A DNA stretch of 64,000 bases from Alphaproteobacteria bacterium (lineage in GTDB: Bacteria > Pseudomonadota > Alphaproteobacteria > G965218375): NCBI GenBank assembly GCA_965218375.1, contig OZ244618.1, positions 186,432 to 250,431 on the forward strand, in the 5' to 3' direction. How positions within the stretch are numbered: the first letter of the stretch is position 1; the number at the start of each line of letters is the position of its first letter. A model generated the notes under the pieces. That model did no database searches. It was not told the origin of the DNA and was given only the letters and a program-made list of their open reading frames with translations. This document shows positions 9,802 through 20,636 of the stretch, piece after piece. The translations under genes were made by a program, and so were the position numbers.

Positions 9802-10066
9802 CTGGTCGCGCTTATACTTTTATTATTTGATCAGGCCTTATCGTGATCTCTGGTGTTCTTTTGGTGACGTGCTCAATTAAGGACATCAGGATTAGGAAAC
9901 TCTCGAGAATAAAATACATTCCGATAATTCTGTTGAATTTAATATTGGTTCTGAATTTATTGGTATCATTTATCATGATGACGAAGAAGGTAGCGCGCCA
10001 CTACTCCGTTCACATGAGCGTCCTTGAAGAAGACTTAACCAAGGAATAACCGCCCTCCTCCTTGAA
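9802..10066. pseudogene. Duplicated gene fragments: a 106-bp copy of the mfd 3' end followed by a frameshifted copy of the DUF3126 3' part
   Basis: 9802-9907 resembles 10137-10248 and shares a 40-nt identical block with it. 9908-10066 resembles 9644-9801 with a 1-nt indel. ORF 9843..10049 is a chimera of these pieces. Confidence 0.8.
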
Positions 10067-10073
10067 GGGGCGC

Positions 10074-13000
10074 TTAACCGACCAGCGCAACAATATCTTG
10101 TAAGACCTGTTGCACTATTTTGATGCGTTTTTGAGGCTGGTCACTTATACTTTTATTAATACTGACTTTTTGATCAGGCCTTATCGTGATCTCTGGTGTT
10201 CTTTTGGTGATGTACTCAATAAGGGCATCAGGATTAGGAAACTCTCGATTTCTAAACTGAATCACAATTCCTTTGGCGCCAACATCCATCTTTTCGATAT
10301 TGGCTTTTGCGCATAGCTTTTTAATATTAAAAAGATGGAATAAGCTTTCAGCCTCTTTTGGCAGCTGTCCAAAACGATCAACCATTTCTACTTTTAAAGC
10401 TGCAAGATCGTCCTGGTTTTCAGCATCAGCAAGTCGCCGATATATAGAAATACGCAATCCTAAATCTTTGATATACGTCTCTGGCAGCATAACGGCAATG
10501 CCAATATTGATTTGCGGTGACCACGGTACGACAAAAATCTCTTGGTCTTGGTTAGCATCTTTGGAAGTGTTTTGTTGTAACCGCACCTTGGCAATAGCTT
10601 CTTTCAACATGGACTGATACAGTTCAAACCCAACCTCACGAATATGACCAGACTGTTCTTCACCTAAAATATTTCCAGACCCCCTCAAGTCCAGATCATG
10701 ACTGGCGAGAGTAAATCCCGACCCAAGGTTATCAAGCTTTTGTAATACGTTTAACCTTTTCTCAGCCACCATATTGACATACCCATTTTCAGGTGTGGTC
10801 AAATAGGCATAGGCTCGCAGCTTCGAACGCCCTATCCGCCCCCGCAACTGATATAAATTAGACAAACCAAACATATTGGCGTTATGAACAATTAAAGTAT
10901 TCGCCGTAGGAATATCCAATCCAGACTCAATAATATTTGTCGAGACAAGAATATCGTATTTATGTTCATAAAAGGCATTCATTTTTTCTTCTAATTCATG
11001 GGTCGGCATACGTCCGTGGACAACACATATGGTTAAGTCTGGCGCTAAAGCATGAATATTTTTTTTGATTCCTTCCAAGTCTTTAATGCGTGGACATACA
11101 TAAAATGACTGACCCCCTCTCATATGCTCTCGCATAAGTGCTTCCCGAATAATCACTGGATCAAACGGCATGCAAAAAGTACGCACAGCAAGACGATCGA
11201 CGGGCGGCGTGGTAATCAAGCTTAAGTCTTTCACCCCCGTAAGAGCCAGCTGCATAGTCCGCGGTATCGGCGTGGCTGATAAGGTGAGGACATGGACATC
11301 TAATTTTAATTGTTTTAGACGCTCCTTATGTTTCACACCAAAGCTTTGCTCTTCATCTATAACCAACAAGCCTAAACGTTTAAAACTAATGCTCTTGGCC
11401 AAAAGCGCATGGGTTCCGATAATAATATCAACCAGACCCTCTTTTAAGTCCTTACGGTTTATGGCGCTTTGCTTGGTGGAAACCATCCGTGATAATTGGC
11501 AGATATTAACAGGAAGATCCTTAAACCGCTCCGTAAACGTTCTTAAGTGTTGTCGTGCCAGTAAAGTTGTGGGCGCAATGACCGCCACTTGTTTATTGGA
11601 CATGACCACCTGGAAAGCAATACGTAACGCAACTTCAGTTTTACCAAAACCCACATCACCACAAATCAAACGATCCATAGGACGCCCACAAGATAAGTCA
11701 CTCACCGCCTCTTCAATGGCAGTTAATTGGTCCTCAGTCTCGTCATAGGGGAAACGCGCACAAAACTCCTGATACATCACTTCAGGCGCCCCTAAAGGCT
11801 CAACTCTTTTTACTTCACGCTCAGCAGAAATTTTAATAAGATCTTCTGCCATATCCTTAAGACGCTTTTTAAGTTTGGCGCACCGTGTTTGCCAGCCCAG
11901 ACCTCCCAGCTTATCAAGGTGGACCTCCATATCAGCAGACCCATATCGAGACAGAACCTCTATATTCTCTACGGGAACATACAAACGATCATTATCAGCA
12001 TAGGTTAAAGCCAAACATTCATGGGGCGCAGCATTCCCTACACTTAAACTGACCAAGCCATCAAACCGTCCAATACCATGCTCAAAATGAATCACATAGT
12101 CCTGCGGCATAATCGAACTAACTTCACGTAAGTAGTTTTCAGCGCGGCGGGTTTTGCGACGAGGACGAGAAAGACGGTCTCCGACAATATCTTGTTCTGA
12201 AATAAAAATCGTATTATCATAATGGTACCCAGCACTCAGGGGTAACACGGTAATAAAGAGACGTTGAGTGGGAAACTTTGGTATCTCTTCATACGTATTA
12301 ATCGGCTGAATATCAGTGAGGCCATGATCATGAAGTAGGTTTGAAATACGCTCCCGCGTTCCAAGGCTGACGCAGGCAATAACAATATTTTTACTGCTTT
12401 GCTCTTTGATATACGCCACAACTACATCAAAGACGTTATCGTCTTTAACAGTGCGCTCTGAAACAAAACACCGGCCGCAATGGGCGTTAACAGGTACGAC
12501 TTCCGCAGAATCAGACTGAATAAAGGAAGAAAAAACTCCAACAGGTCTCTCCCCAATTAAGCTATAAAAATCATCTTTAAGAATATAGTTTTTATGGGGC
12601 GGTAGTGGGTGATACAGGGCTTGCCCCCCCTTGGCCTTACTTTTAATAATTTCCTTACGATTATTATAATGATCCTCAATTGTCTCCCAGGCTGTTTCTA
12701 GTTGCCCATCAATATGGTGATCAAACGTAATGGGAATATCAGGAAAGTAATCAAACAGGGTTTCCATACTCTCATAAAACAATGCTTGCCAATGCTCCAT
12801 ACCGATATATTTTCTCTTTTGCGAGATGCTCTCATATAAAGGATCACTGGTCACCACAGCAGAGGGAAATGTTTGCCGATAAGATGAACGAAACAGGTTA
12901 ATAGAATGATCATCAAAACAGACTTCATTTGCAGGAATAATTTTAATTAAATCTACCACCTTATTAATTGTTCGCTGACTCTCTGGATCAAAAAGACGAA

Positions 13001-13583
13001 TCTGCTCAACGTCATTACCAAACAAATCAACCCGCGCTGGAAACTCCATACTGGGGGCATAAATATCAATAAGCCCCCCTCTAACAGCAAAGTCACCAGG
13101 GTCAATGACAATTTCAACCCGATTAAAACCATTAATAGTTAAGTACGAAAGTATGCTTTCTAAGTTAAGAGTCTCCCCCACTTTAATGGTTTTAAAACGC
13201 TGCTGAATACTGGACCTCGGCAAAACTTTACGCAGAACCGCATTAACGGATGTCAAGATAATGGTAGGCTGAGGATCAGAGTCTGAAGAAGAAGAGGCAA
13301 ACTCGGACAATACCTCTAACCGGCGGGTGACAATATTGACATTGGGAGAAACCCGATCATAGGGCAAACAGTCCCAAGCAGGAAACGTTACCACTCTTAC
13401 ACTTTTATCAAAAAAGTGAATTAACTGCTCAATTGCAGCAATTTTGGCGTCATTAGAAGCTATATGTAATATACGTTTTGACTGGTGAGCAATCTTTACT
13501 AGAATATCGGCATCAACGCCCTCAACAACACCAGAAAACGTGACTCTGTTGTTCTGCTCAAGAAAGTTATTTAATGTTATCAA
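10074..13583 (-). CDS. mfd: Transcription-repair coupling factor
   Basis: 1169 aa; GDVGFGKTEVA and DEEQSFG helicase motifs. The TTG start overlaps the sdhE stop (TTGA). Confidence 0.95.
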   Translation of the reverse strand: MITLNNFLEQNNRVTFSGVVEGVDADILVKIAHQSKRILHIASNDAKIAAIEQLIHFFDKSVRVVTFPAWDCLPYDRVSPNVNIVTRRLEVLSEFASSSSDSDPQPTIILTSVNAVLRKVLPRSSIQQRFKTIKVGETLNLESILSYLTINGFNRVEIVIDPGDFAVRGGLIDIYAPSMEFPARVDLFGNDVEQIRLFDPESQRTINKVVDLIKIIPANEVCFDDHSINLFRSSYRQTFPSAVVTSDPLYESISQKRKYIGMEHWQALFYESMETLFDYFPDIPITFDHHIDGQLETAWETIEDHYNNRKEIIKSKAKGGQALYHPLPPHKNYILKDDFYSLIGERPVGVFSSFIQSDSAEVVPVNAHCGRCFVSERTVKDDNVFDVVVAYIKEQSSKNIVIACVSLGTRERISNLLHDHGLTDIQPINTYEEIPKFPTQRLFITVLPLSAGYHYDNTIFISEQDIVGDRLSRPRRKTRRAENYLREVSSIMPQDYVIHFEHGIGRFDGLVSLSVGNAAPHECLALTYADNDRLYVPVENIEVLSRYGSADMEVHLDKLGGLGWQTRCAKLKKRLKDMAEDLIKISAEREVKRVEPLGAPEVMYQEFCARFPYDETEDQLTAIEEAVSDLSCGRPMDRLICGDVGFGKTEVALRIAFQVVMSNKQVAVIAPTTLLARQHLRTFTERFKDLPVNICQLSRMVSTKQSAINRKDLKEGLVDIIIGTHALLAKSISFKRLGLLVIDEEQSFGVKHKERLKQLKLDVHVLTLSATPIPRTMQLALTGVKDLSLITTPPVDRLAVRTFCMPFDPVIIREALMREHMRGGQSFYVCPRIKDLEGIKKNIHALAPDLTICVVHGRMPTHELEEKMNAFYEHKYDILVSTNIIESGLDIPTANTLIVHNANMFGLSNLYQLRGRIGRSKLRAYAYLTTPENGYVNMVAEKRLNVLQKLDNLGSGFTLASHDLDLRGSGNILGEEQSGHIREVGFELYQSMLKEAIAKVRLQQNTSKDANQDQEIFVVPWSPQINIGIAVMLPETYIKDLGLRISIYRRLADAENQDDLAALKVEMVDRFGQLPKEAESLFHLFNIKKLCAKANIEKMDVGAKGIVIQFRNREFPNPDALIEYITKRTPEITIRPDQKVSINKSISDQPQKRIKIVQQVLQDIVALVG

Positions 13584-13909
13584 GGTTCTATACTTTTAAA
13601 ATCAAGTTCAAAATCTAGGTATAATTGAAACAAAGGATTATTAAAAGCAGCTTTTGGTGGCGTAGAAAATTTGTTCTTCCACGCATACAAATCGTGATCA
13701 CTTTCCCGCATGAGCAAATCTAAATGAATTAGATCATCATCAGCCAGCGTCGGAAGGACATAACGGCAAAATTGAGACATAATTATATCCATTTCCTTGA
13801 TGCCGCGGTACTTACTACAATGAATAAGACGCCGACGAAATACATCAGGAGCGAGAGTTTTATGCTTTTCTAATTTGGAAAAGTCATCCTGTGGTGAATA
13901 TTTGCACAT
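13580..13909 (-). CDS. sdhE: FAD assembly factor SdhE (DUF339 / SDHAF2 family)
   Basis: RRRLIHCSKYRGIKEMDIIMSQF...LLMRESDHDLYAW motif pattern, and the conserved mfd-sdhE / recG neighbourhood. Confidence 0.8.
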   Translation of the reverse strand: MCKYSPQDDFSKLEKHKTLAPDVFRRRLIHCSKYRGIKEMDIIMSQFCRYVLPTLADDDLIHLDLLMRESDHDLYAWKNKFSTPPKAAFNNPLFQLYLDFELDFKSIEP

Positions 13910-14135
13910 AATAAATAATTTGATCTATTGCATTTTATATTAAGGTATATACAAATAACTCTCTGCCAACTTCTAAGATCATATCTTAGTCAATTATCAA
14001 AATTTAAGCTACTAGTAATACATATTTTTTCATATTCTATACGTTCACTTTATATAATATAATATAAAAAATCGTCAATAGACTTTATAGTAAATTTAAT
14101 ATAAATGCCACGCCTCATCTCATAAAAAAATTATT

Positions 14136-16211
14136 ATGCGACCGAATGTTCTTTTTCCATTACTAGCGCGTATCTCGTCCCTTCCCCATGTTGGCCCTAA
14201 AATAGCTGATACCTTTAAGCGCCTTGACATTGAAACAGTTTTTGATCTTTTGTGTCACGTCCCTACTTCTATTATTGACAGAAGGATTATGCCGCCTTCA
14301 ACCCATGCAGAGAGTGGCTCAATTGCAAGTTTTCACGTTACCATTGACTACCACGAGCCCCAAAACAGAAAACCCTATAAAATTTTATGTAAAGATAAAT
14401 TTGGCAGTATATCCCTGATTTTTTTTAATGGGCGCGCCGACTACTTACAAAAGCAGTACCCTGAAGGCAGTGAAAGAGTGATCAGCGGTACCGTGACACG
14501 GTATAATAATATTGTCCAAATGGCTCATCCAGATATTTCTGTGCCTGTCTCAGAAAAAGAAAATGTTTTAAGGCTCGACCCCGTCTATGGAGCATGCGCA
14601 TGGTTGAGTCAGAAAGTAATTAAAAAGGCCATCAACAGTGCACTCGGTAAGGTGCCTCACTTACCAGAATGGATCAGACCAGAACAGCGAGAAAAAGAAC
14701 ACTGGTTGAGCTGGAATGATGCATTAAATAAAATGCATAAACCTATAGAATTAAAAGATAATAGTGATATAGATAACTTTAGACGCCGCCTTGCATATGA
14801 TGAACTTCTCGCCAATCAAATTTCCTTAAGCATTACCCGCCGCCAGCGCAGAAAAAAACTTGGCAGACAGTTTCCCCTTAACCCACAAAGTCGCCAGAAT
14901 ATATTAAGTCACCTCCCTTTCACATTAATGCCGGCACAACAAACTGCCCTTGATGAAATTGACCACGACATGCACGCCCCCCAAGTTATGACGCGCCTCT
15001 TACAAGGGGATGTGGGGAGTGGTAAAACAATAATCGCTTTTCTAGCAATGGTGGCCGCCACAGATACGGGTGCACAAGCAGCTCTTCTTGCTCCCACTGA
15101 TATCCTTGCACACCAGCACTTTAATACACTCCAGCCCTATGCCCAAAAAATTGGGCTGAACATGGAAATTTTGTCTGGAAGAAATAAAGGACGGGTGCGT
15201 ACATCGAAACTTATGGCCCTTATGGAAAACAAGATCCATATTCTTATTGGTACCCACGCGTTATTTCAAGAAGATGTCACCTATCATGACCTTGGCTTGA
15301 TTGTTGTTGATGAACAACACCGCTTTGGCGTCCACCAAAGACTGAGCCTTTCTGCCAAGGGGAAAACCCCAGATGTTTTGGTCATGACCGCAACACCGAT
15401 ACCACGCACCTTGACCTTAACGGTTTATGGAGACATGGATGTAAGTCAATTAAAGGACAAACCTCCAGGCCGCCAGCCCATTGATACGCGGGTTATGCCA
15501 AGCAGCAAAATCCCAGAGCTAGAAGATGGGATTGCCCGAGAGATTGAGCGCAATGGTCAGATTTTTTGGGTATGCCCTCGGGTTGTCGAAGAAGAAGAGT
15601 CTCCCCTTATCAGTGTCGAAGAACGATACGCCCACCTCGAAAAACGCTTTCCAAATGCCGTTGCTTTCATCCACGGAAAAATGTCTGGAACTGAAAAAGA
15701 TGCCACTATGGAGAAATTTTCTTCAGGTGAGGTCTCGATTCTTGTGGCCACCAGCGTTATTGAAGTCGGGGTTCACGTCCCCAATGCCTCCATTATGATT
15801 ATAGAAAACTCTACGCAATTTGGCCTTGCACAACTCCATCAGCTGAGGGGGCGCATCGGACGTGGTACCAAAAAAGCCACCTGCATCTTACTCTATCAGC
15901 CCCCCTTAGGAAAAATATCGCGCCAAAGACTCGAAACATTAAAACATAGTAATGATGGATTTTATATTGCAGAACAAGACTTAAAGCTTCGCGGTGCAGG
16001 AGAAGTCCTCGGCACCCGCCAAAGCGGATTACCAAAATTTCGACTTGCTGATATCGCAAAGGATCGAGATCTGATGATTCAAGCATGGGAAGATGCACAG
16101 ACCCTCTTGAAAACTGACCCTGACCTAACTTCTCCCCGCGGGGGGTCTATTCATACCCTCCTTCACCTGTTCAACAGTGACAAGGCACTTCAATTGCTTA
16201 ATTCAGGGTAA
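14136..16211 (+). CDS. recG: ATP-dependent DNA helicase RecG
   Basis: GDVGSGKT, DEQHRFG and QLHQLRGRIGRG motifs; 691 aa. Confidence 0.95.
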   Translation: MRPNVLFPLLARISSLPHVGPKIADTFKRLDIETVFDLLCHVPTSIIDRRIMPPSTHAESGSIASFHVTIDYHEPQNRKPYKILCKDKFGSISLIFFNGRADYLQKQYPEGSERVISGTVTRYNNIVQMAHPDISVPVSEKENVLRLDPVYGACAWLSQKVIKKAINSALGKVPHLPEWIRPEQREKEHWLSWNDALNKMHKPIELKDNSDIDNFRRRLAYDELLANQISLSITRRQRRKKLGRQFPLNPQSRQNILSHLPFTLMPAQQTALDEIDHDMHAPQVMTRLLQGDVGSGKTIIAFLAMVAATDTGAQAALLAPTDILAHQHFNTLQPYAQKIGLNMEILSGRNKGRVRTSKLMALMENKIHILIGTHALFQEDVTYHDLGLIVVDEQHRFGVHQRLSLSAKGKTPDVLVMTATPIPRTLTLTVYGDMDVSQLKDKPPGRQPIDTRVMPSSKIPELEDGIAREIERNGQIFWVCPRVVEEEESPLISVEERYAHLEKRFPNAVAFIHGKMSGTEKDATMEKFSSGEVSILVATSVIEVGVHVPNASIMIIENSTQFGLAQLHQLRGRIGRGTKKATCILLYQPPLGKISRQRLETLKHSNDGFYIAEQDLKLRGAGEVLGTRQSGLPKFRLADIAKDRDLMIQAWEDAQTLLKTDPDLTSPRGGSIHTLLHLFNSDKALQLLNSG

Positions 16212-16288
16212 AAAATATAAGAAAACCCCCGCAGAACTTAAAGAACTACGAGGGCATCGTCTAAAATTTACTATACTTAAATACAGTA

Positions 16289-16876
16289 TTACCGAGTATC
16301 TGCGCGCACACTCATGGATAGAATCACTCCAGGTTCTGCAGGCGGCTCCCCTTTTGGGATCAAGTCAACAATATGCATGCCTTCTATCACCTTACCAAAA
16401 ACAGTATACTGGCCATTTAGGAAAGAAGAATCGGTAAAGCAAATAAAGAATTGACTATTTGCAGTGTCAGTACTAGCAGCAGACCGCGCCATTCCCAATG
16501 TACCCCGCTCAAAGGGAAGATCACTAAACTCTTGCTTTAAATCTGGCAGATCACTCCCCCCAGTTCCCCACATACCTCGATTCTCGCTGGTTTTGCTCAA
16601 AGGGTCACCCGTTTGTGCCATAAAACCATCAATAACTCGATGAAACTTGATACCATCATAGAACCCTTCACGCGCTAAGGTCTTAATACGCTCAACATGA
16701 TTTGGGGCAACATCAGGAAACAGCTCGATCACAATAGATCCAAACTCAACCTCAATAACGAGAATATTTTCAGCATCTGCTTTGTGCTCTTTCGCTACTG
16801 CACTGGAGAAACACGTGGGTGCTAAAAATCCAAAAATTGGCAAAATAGCCAAAATACGCTTAATTAACTTTAACAT
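16289..16876 (-). CDS. Cyclophilin-type peptidyl-prolyl isomerase, secreted
   Basis: Signal peptide, and FHRVIDGFMAQTGDP ... NSQFFI motifs. Confidence 0.9.
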   Translation of the reverse strand: MLKLIKRILAILPIFGFLAPTCFSSAVAKEHKADAENILVIEVEFGSIVIELFPDVAPNHVERIKTLAREGFYDGIKFHRVIDGFMAQTGDPLSKTSENRGMWGTGGSDLPDLKQEFSDLPFERGTLGMARSAASTDTANSQFFICFTDSSFLNGQYTVFGKVIEGMHIVDLIPKGEPPAEPGVILSMSVRADTR

Positions 16877-16906
16877 TATAATACTTCTATCTAGATAATA
16901 AAAAAA

Positions 16907-17413
16907 CTATTTATGATTGTACTTTTTGATCAATCCATCACAAACATCGGAAGATACATAACTTGAAATATCCCCCCCTAAGGCAGCAATCTCTTTTACA
17001 AGACTTGAACAAATAAACTGACACCCTTCTGATGCAATCAAAAATACCGTTTGAATCTTAGAGTCAAGGCGGGAATTCATTCCTGCCATTTGCAGCTCAT
17101 AATCGAAATCTGTGACGACTCTTAAACCACGCACAATTACCTGAGCATTCATTTCTTGGGCAAAGTGCACAAGAAGTACTGAAAATGGAACCACTTTAAT
17201 TCTACTAATAAGGTCCCCTAAACAATTCTTTAAATCTTTTTCAATCAAAGCTACCCGTTCTTCAACAGTAAAAAGAGGTACCTTCGACCTACTGATCGCA
17301 ACGCCAATCACCAAATTATCAAATAAATGAATCGCACGCTTAATAATATCCACATGACCATTGGTAATAGGATCAAAAGTTCCAGGATAAATTCCTATAC
17401 GCTTGTCAGACAT
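16907..17413 (-). CDS. coaD: Phosphopantetheine adenylyltransferase
   Basis: GIYPGTFDPITNGHVDII nucleotidyltransferase motif; 168 aa. Confidence 0.93.
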   Translation of the reverse strand: MSDKRIGIYPGTFDPITNGHVDIIKRAIHLFDNLVIGVAISRSKVPLFTVEERVALIEKDLKNCLGDLISRIKVVPFSVLLVHFAQEMNAQVIVRGLRVVTDFDYELQMAGMNSRLDSKIQTVFLIASEGCQFICSSLVKEIAALGGDISSYVSSDVCDGLIKKYNHK

Positions 17414-17507
17414 AAATTCCCCTTCTTAATAACTTTAATTAACCATATAATTTAAAAGACAAAAAGACATACTAGGTATTATAGGACTTCGCCAACATTA
17501 GTAAGGA

Positions 17508-20228
17508 TTACCCTTCCTGGTCGACAGCTTCGTCCTCATCTGGAGAGCTATCACTTACCTTACTTACAGAGACAACTTCTTCTTCATCCGACTTGGTTTT
17601 AAACAAAATAACACCCTGCGTCTTTCTCCAGGCAACACGGATATCATTAATAGGCATACGAATTAACTGACCGTCACTTGCCACCATAATAACCTGTTCA
17701 TCCTCTGTAATAGGGAAAGAGGCAACGACTTTTCCATTTTTATCAGTCAAGGCAATATTATCTATCCCTTTTCCGCCGCGATTGGTCACTCGATAGTGAT
17801 ATGTTGACGTACGTTTACCAAAGCCTTTTGATGTAACAGTTAATAAAAACTCTTCTGCAGCCGCAAGTTCATCAAACCTTTCCCTTGTGAGAGCTACCGC
17901 CGTCTCTTGATTGGGATATACCCCATCATTACGCTGCATTTCTGAGGCAACGCGGAAGTAATGTTCTCGCTCTTCAGGGCTCACAGATAAGCTTTTGATT
18001 AACGCCATTGAAATGACAACGTCCCCTTCAGCAAGCTTAATCCCCCGTACTCCCACAGAATTACGACTTGAAAATACCCGCATGGTTGCATCATTAATTG
18101 GGAAACGAATGGACTTTCCATTGCGGGTTGCCAGTAACATATCCTCACTCATCTCACTGATAGCAACACCAACAAGACTATCGCCTTCATCCAGCTTCAT
18201 GGCAATTTTTCCATTGGACTTGACGTTGGTAAAGTCACTTAAGGTATTCCGACGCACATACCCAGAAGCGGTTGCAAATACCACATACATTGATTCCCAC
18301 ACAGACTCATCTTCTGGAAGTGGCAGAATCATAGTAATTGTTTCCCCATCCTCGAGAGGGAATAAATTAATCGCCGCTTTCCCACGTGAAGTTGGATTTC
18401 CAGACGGCAAACGCCATACCTTTAATTTATAAACTATCCCGCGACTGCTAAAGAACAAGACTGGAGTGTGCGTGCTGACGGCGTATAAGTGACTGACAAA
18501 ATCACCATCACGAGTTGACATCCCGCTCCGACCCTTACCGCCACGCTTTTGCGCTTTGTACTGGCTTAAGGCAACACGCTTGACATAGCCTTCATAGGAA
18601 AGTGTGACGACCATATCTTCACGCTCTATCAAGTCCTCTTCCTCCATATCAGCGTAGCCTTCAATAATTTCGGTACGCCGTTCCTGAGAAAAGACTTCAA
18701 GTAAACTTTTTAAGTCATCGCGAATAACGGTTGTTAACCGCTCAGGATCAGACAAGATATTAAGATAGCCGATAATATCATTTTCATAGGTTTTAATATC
18801 TTTGACAATTTTATCCCGCTCAAGCCCTGTCAGACGATTTAAACGCAACTCTAGGATTGCGCGCGCCTGATTTTCAGACATGCGGAAAGTATCATTTTTA
18901 TTAATTGAGTGGCCAGGCTCATCAACAAGACGGATAAGTGACTCCACATCGCGCACTACCCAGTCTTTTGCCATTAAACTTTTGCGCGCAGTCGTTGAGT
19001 CTGGAGAAGAACGAATTAAGTGAATGACTTCATCAATATTTGCCACCACCACAACAAGGCCGATTAACACATGTGCCTTGTCCCGAGCTTTTTGTAATAA
19101 GAAGTTGGTTCTACGGGTTATAACAACTCTTCGGAATTCCAAGAAGGCAACTAAAATGTCTTTCAACGTCATAATTTTTGGACGACCTGAGTCCAAAGCC
19201 ACCATGTTGATACCAAAAGTTGTCTGCATTTGGGTAAAGCGGAATAACTGTGATTGCACCACCTCTAAAGATGCATCTCGCTTGATCTCAATAACGACGC
19301 GCACACCATCTCGGTTAGACTCATCACGTATATCAGAGATACCTTCTAACTTCTTACTCCGCACCAGGTCGGCAGTATGCTCCAACATTCGGGATTTATT
19401 CACTTGGTAAGGAATTTCATCAATAATAATCGCGTGACGACCAGCCCGCACCTCTTCAAAGTGGGTACGCGCCCGCACAATAACACTTCCGCGGCCGGTT
19501 AGGTAGGCATTGCGAATACCTCCCCGCCCCATAATTAAGCCGCCAGTTGGAAAATCTGGACCAGAAATATATTCATTCAGCTCACTAATACTTAAATCGG
19601 GATTATCAAGAAGTGCAAGTGTCGCATTTACAACCTCAGTAAAATTATGAGGTGGAATATTTGTCGCCATCCCAACCGCAATACCCCCCGCCCCGTTAAC
19701 CAATAGGTTTGGGAAGCGCGCTGGAAGTACAACCGGCTCTTTAATGGTATTGTCGTAATTATCTGTAAAATCAACGGTATTTTTATCAATGCTCTCGAGG
19801 AGCATTTCCGCTGGGCGATCCATGCGAACCTCTGTATACCGCATAGCAGCGGCAGAGTCACCGTCCATGGATCCAAAGTTACCTTGACCATCAATCAGAG
19901 GCAGACTCATAGAAAAGTCCTGAGCCATGCGGACTAAGGCATCATAAATTGCCGAATCACTGTGGGGGTGATACTTACCAATCACATCCCCCACCACACG
20001 GGCAGACTTACGGTAAAGCTTATTATGCACATAGCCATTTTCGTGCATAGAATACAATATACGTCGGTGAACAGGTTTCAGACCGTCACGAACATCTGGC
20101 AAAGCACGACTAACAATAACACTCATCGCATAATCTAAATACGATGTTTTCATCTCATCTTCAATGGAAATGAAGCGACTTGAACCCTGTTCTGGCCCAG
20201 GGTTTTCTTCTATAATTTCATCAGTCAA
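17508..20228 (-). CDS. gyrA: DNA gyrase subunit A
   Basis: DGLKPVHRRILY and AAMRYTE (active-site Tyr) motifs; 906 aa; TTG start codon. Confidence 0.97.
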   Translation of the reverse strand: MTDEIIEENPGPEQGSSRFISIEDEMKTSYLDYAMSVIVSRALPDVRDGLKPVHRRILYSMHENGYVHNKLYRKSARVVGDVIGKYHPHSDSAIYDALVRMAQDFSMSLPLIDGQGNFGSMDGDSAAAMRYTEVRMDRPAEMLLESIDKNTVDFTDNYDNTIKEPVVLPARFPNLLVNGAGGIAVGMATNIPPHNFTEVVNATLALLDNPDLSISELNEYISGPDFPTGGLIMGRGGIRNAYLTGRGSVIVRARTHFEEVRAGRHAIIIDEIPYQVNKSRMLEHTADLVRSKKLEGISDIRDESNRDGVRVVIEIKRDASLEVVQSQLFRFTQMQTTFGINMVALDSGRPKIMTLKDILVAFLEFRRVVITRRTNFLLQKARDKAHVLIGLVVVVANIDEVIHLIRSSPDSTTARKSLMAKDWVVRDVESLIRLVDEPGHSINKNDTFRMSENQARAILELRLNRLTGLERDKIVKDIKTYENDIIGYLNILSDPERLTTVIRDDLKSLLEVFSQERRTEIIEGYADMEEEDLIEREDMVVTLSYEGYVKRVALSQYKAQKRGGKGRSGMSTRDGDFVSHLYAVSTHTPVLFFSSRGIVYKLKVWRLPSGNPTSRGKAAINLFPLEDGETITMILPLPEDESVWESMYVVFATASGYVRRNTLSDFTNVKSNGKIAMKLDEGDSLVGVAISEMSEDMLLATRNGKSIRFPINDATMRVFSSRNSVGVRGIKLAEGDVVISMALIKSLSVSPEEREHYFRVASEMQRNDGVYPNQETAVALTRERFDELAAAEEFLLTVTSKGFGKRTSTYHYRVTNRGGKGIDNIALTDKNGKVVASFPITEDEQVIMVASDGQLIRMPINDIRVAWRKTQGVILFKTKSDEEEVVSVSKVSDSSPDEDEAVDQEG

Positions 20229-20636
20229 CTGCGAACTCTAAAGTATAAGTAAAAATAAGTCCCCATAAATCCAAATTCCTCAAAAGCCGTATATCAGAAC
20301 TTTAAGGTGGAATACAGGCCGTAATTAATCGTGTTTTATTGCGTTTGAACACATTAGGATAAAATATGTATTTTTCAGATTAAATCTTAATAAATAACTC
20401 CTAAAATTATCAAATTATTTTAGAATTATTTATATAAGAAATCAAGAGATAGATTAACTCAACATCCCTTAACAACAGTTTTATTTTACTTAATATTTCA
20501 AAATCATAGCTTCACTTAAAGACGCCATAGTACAAAAGAAATCAGGAGCAAAAATTTCAGTTATTTTTGTACAATGCACAGGCTCCAACACGCTCTTTTT
20601 CATTTGCAAAATGCAACAGATGTCCTCAAAGAAAAA

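Noticed and set aside
9843-10049. 68-aa ORF between the DUF3126 gene and mfd
   Set aside because: It is a chimera created by the duplication. Its first part is antisense to a copied mfd fragment, and its end is a frameshifted copy of the DUF3126 3' end. I call it a pseudogene fragment, not a gene.
11170-11748. 192-aa plus-strand ORF inside mfd, and similar antisense ORFs inside gyrA (17995..18432, 19024..19410), the oxoprolinase gene (29101..29442), ftsH (50684..51643) and the large TPR gene (38470..38859)
   Set aside because: These are shadow ORFs fully contained in strongly supported genes on the other strand, with biased Ser/Arg/Leu-rich composition.
16177-16437. 86-aa plus-strand ORF spanning the recG end and the antisense of the cyclophilin gene
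   Set aside because: It overlaps two well-supported genes and has no independent support.
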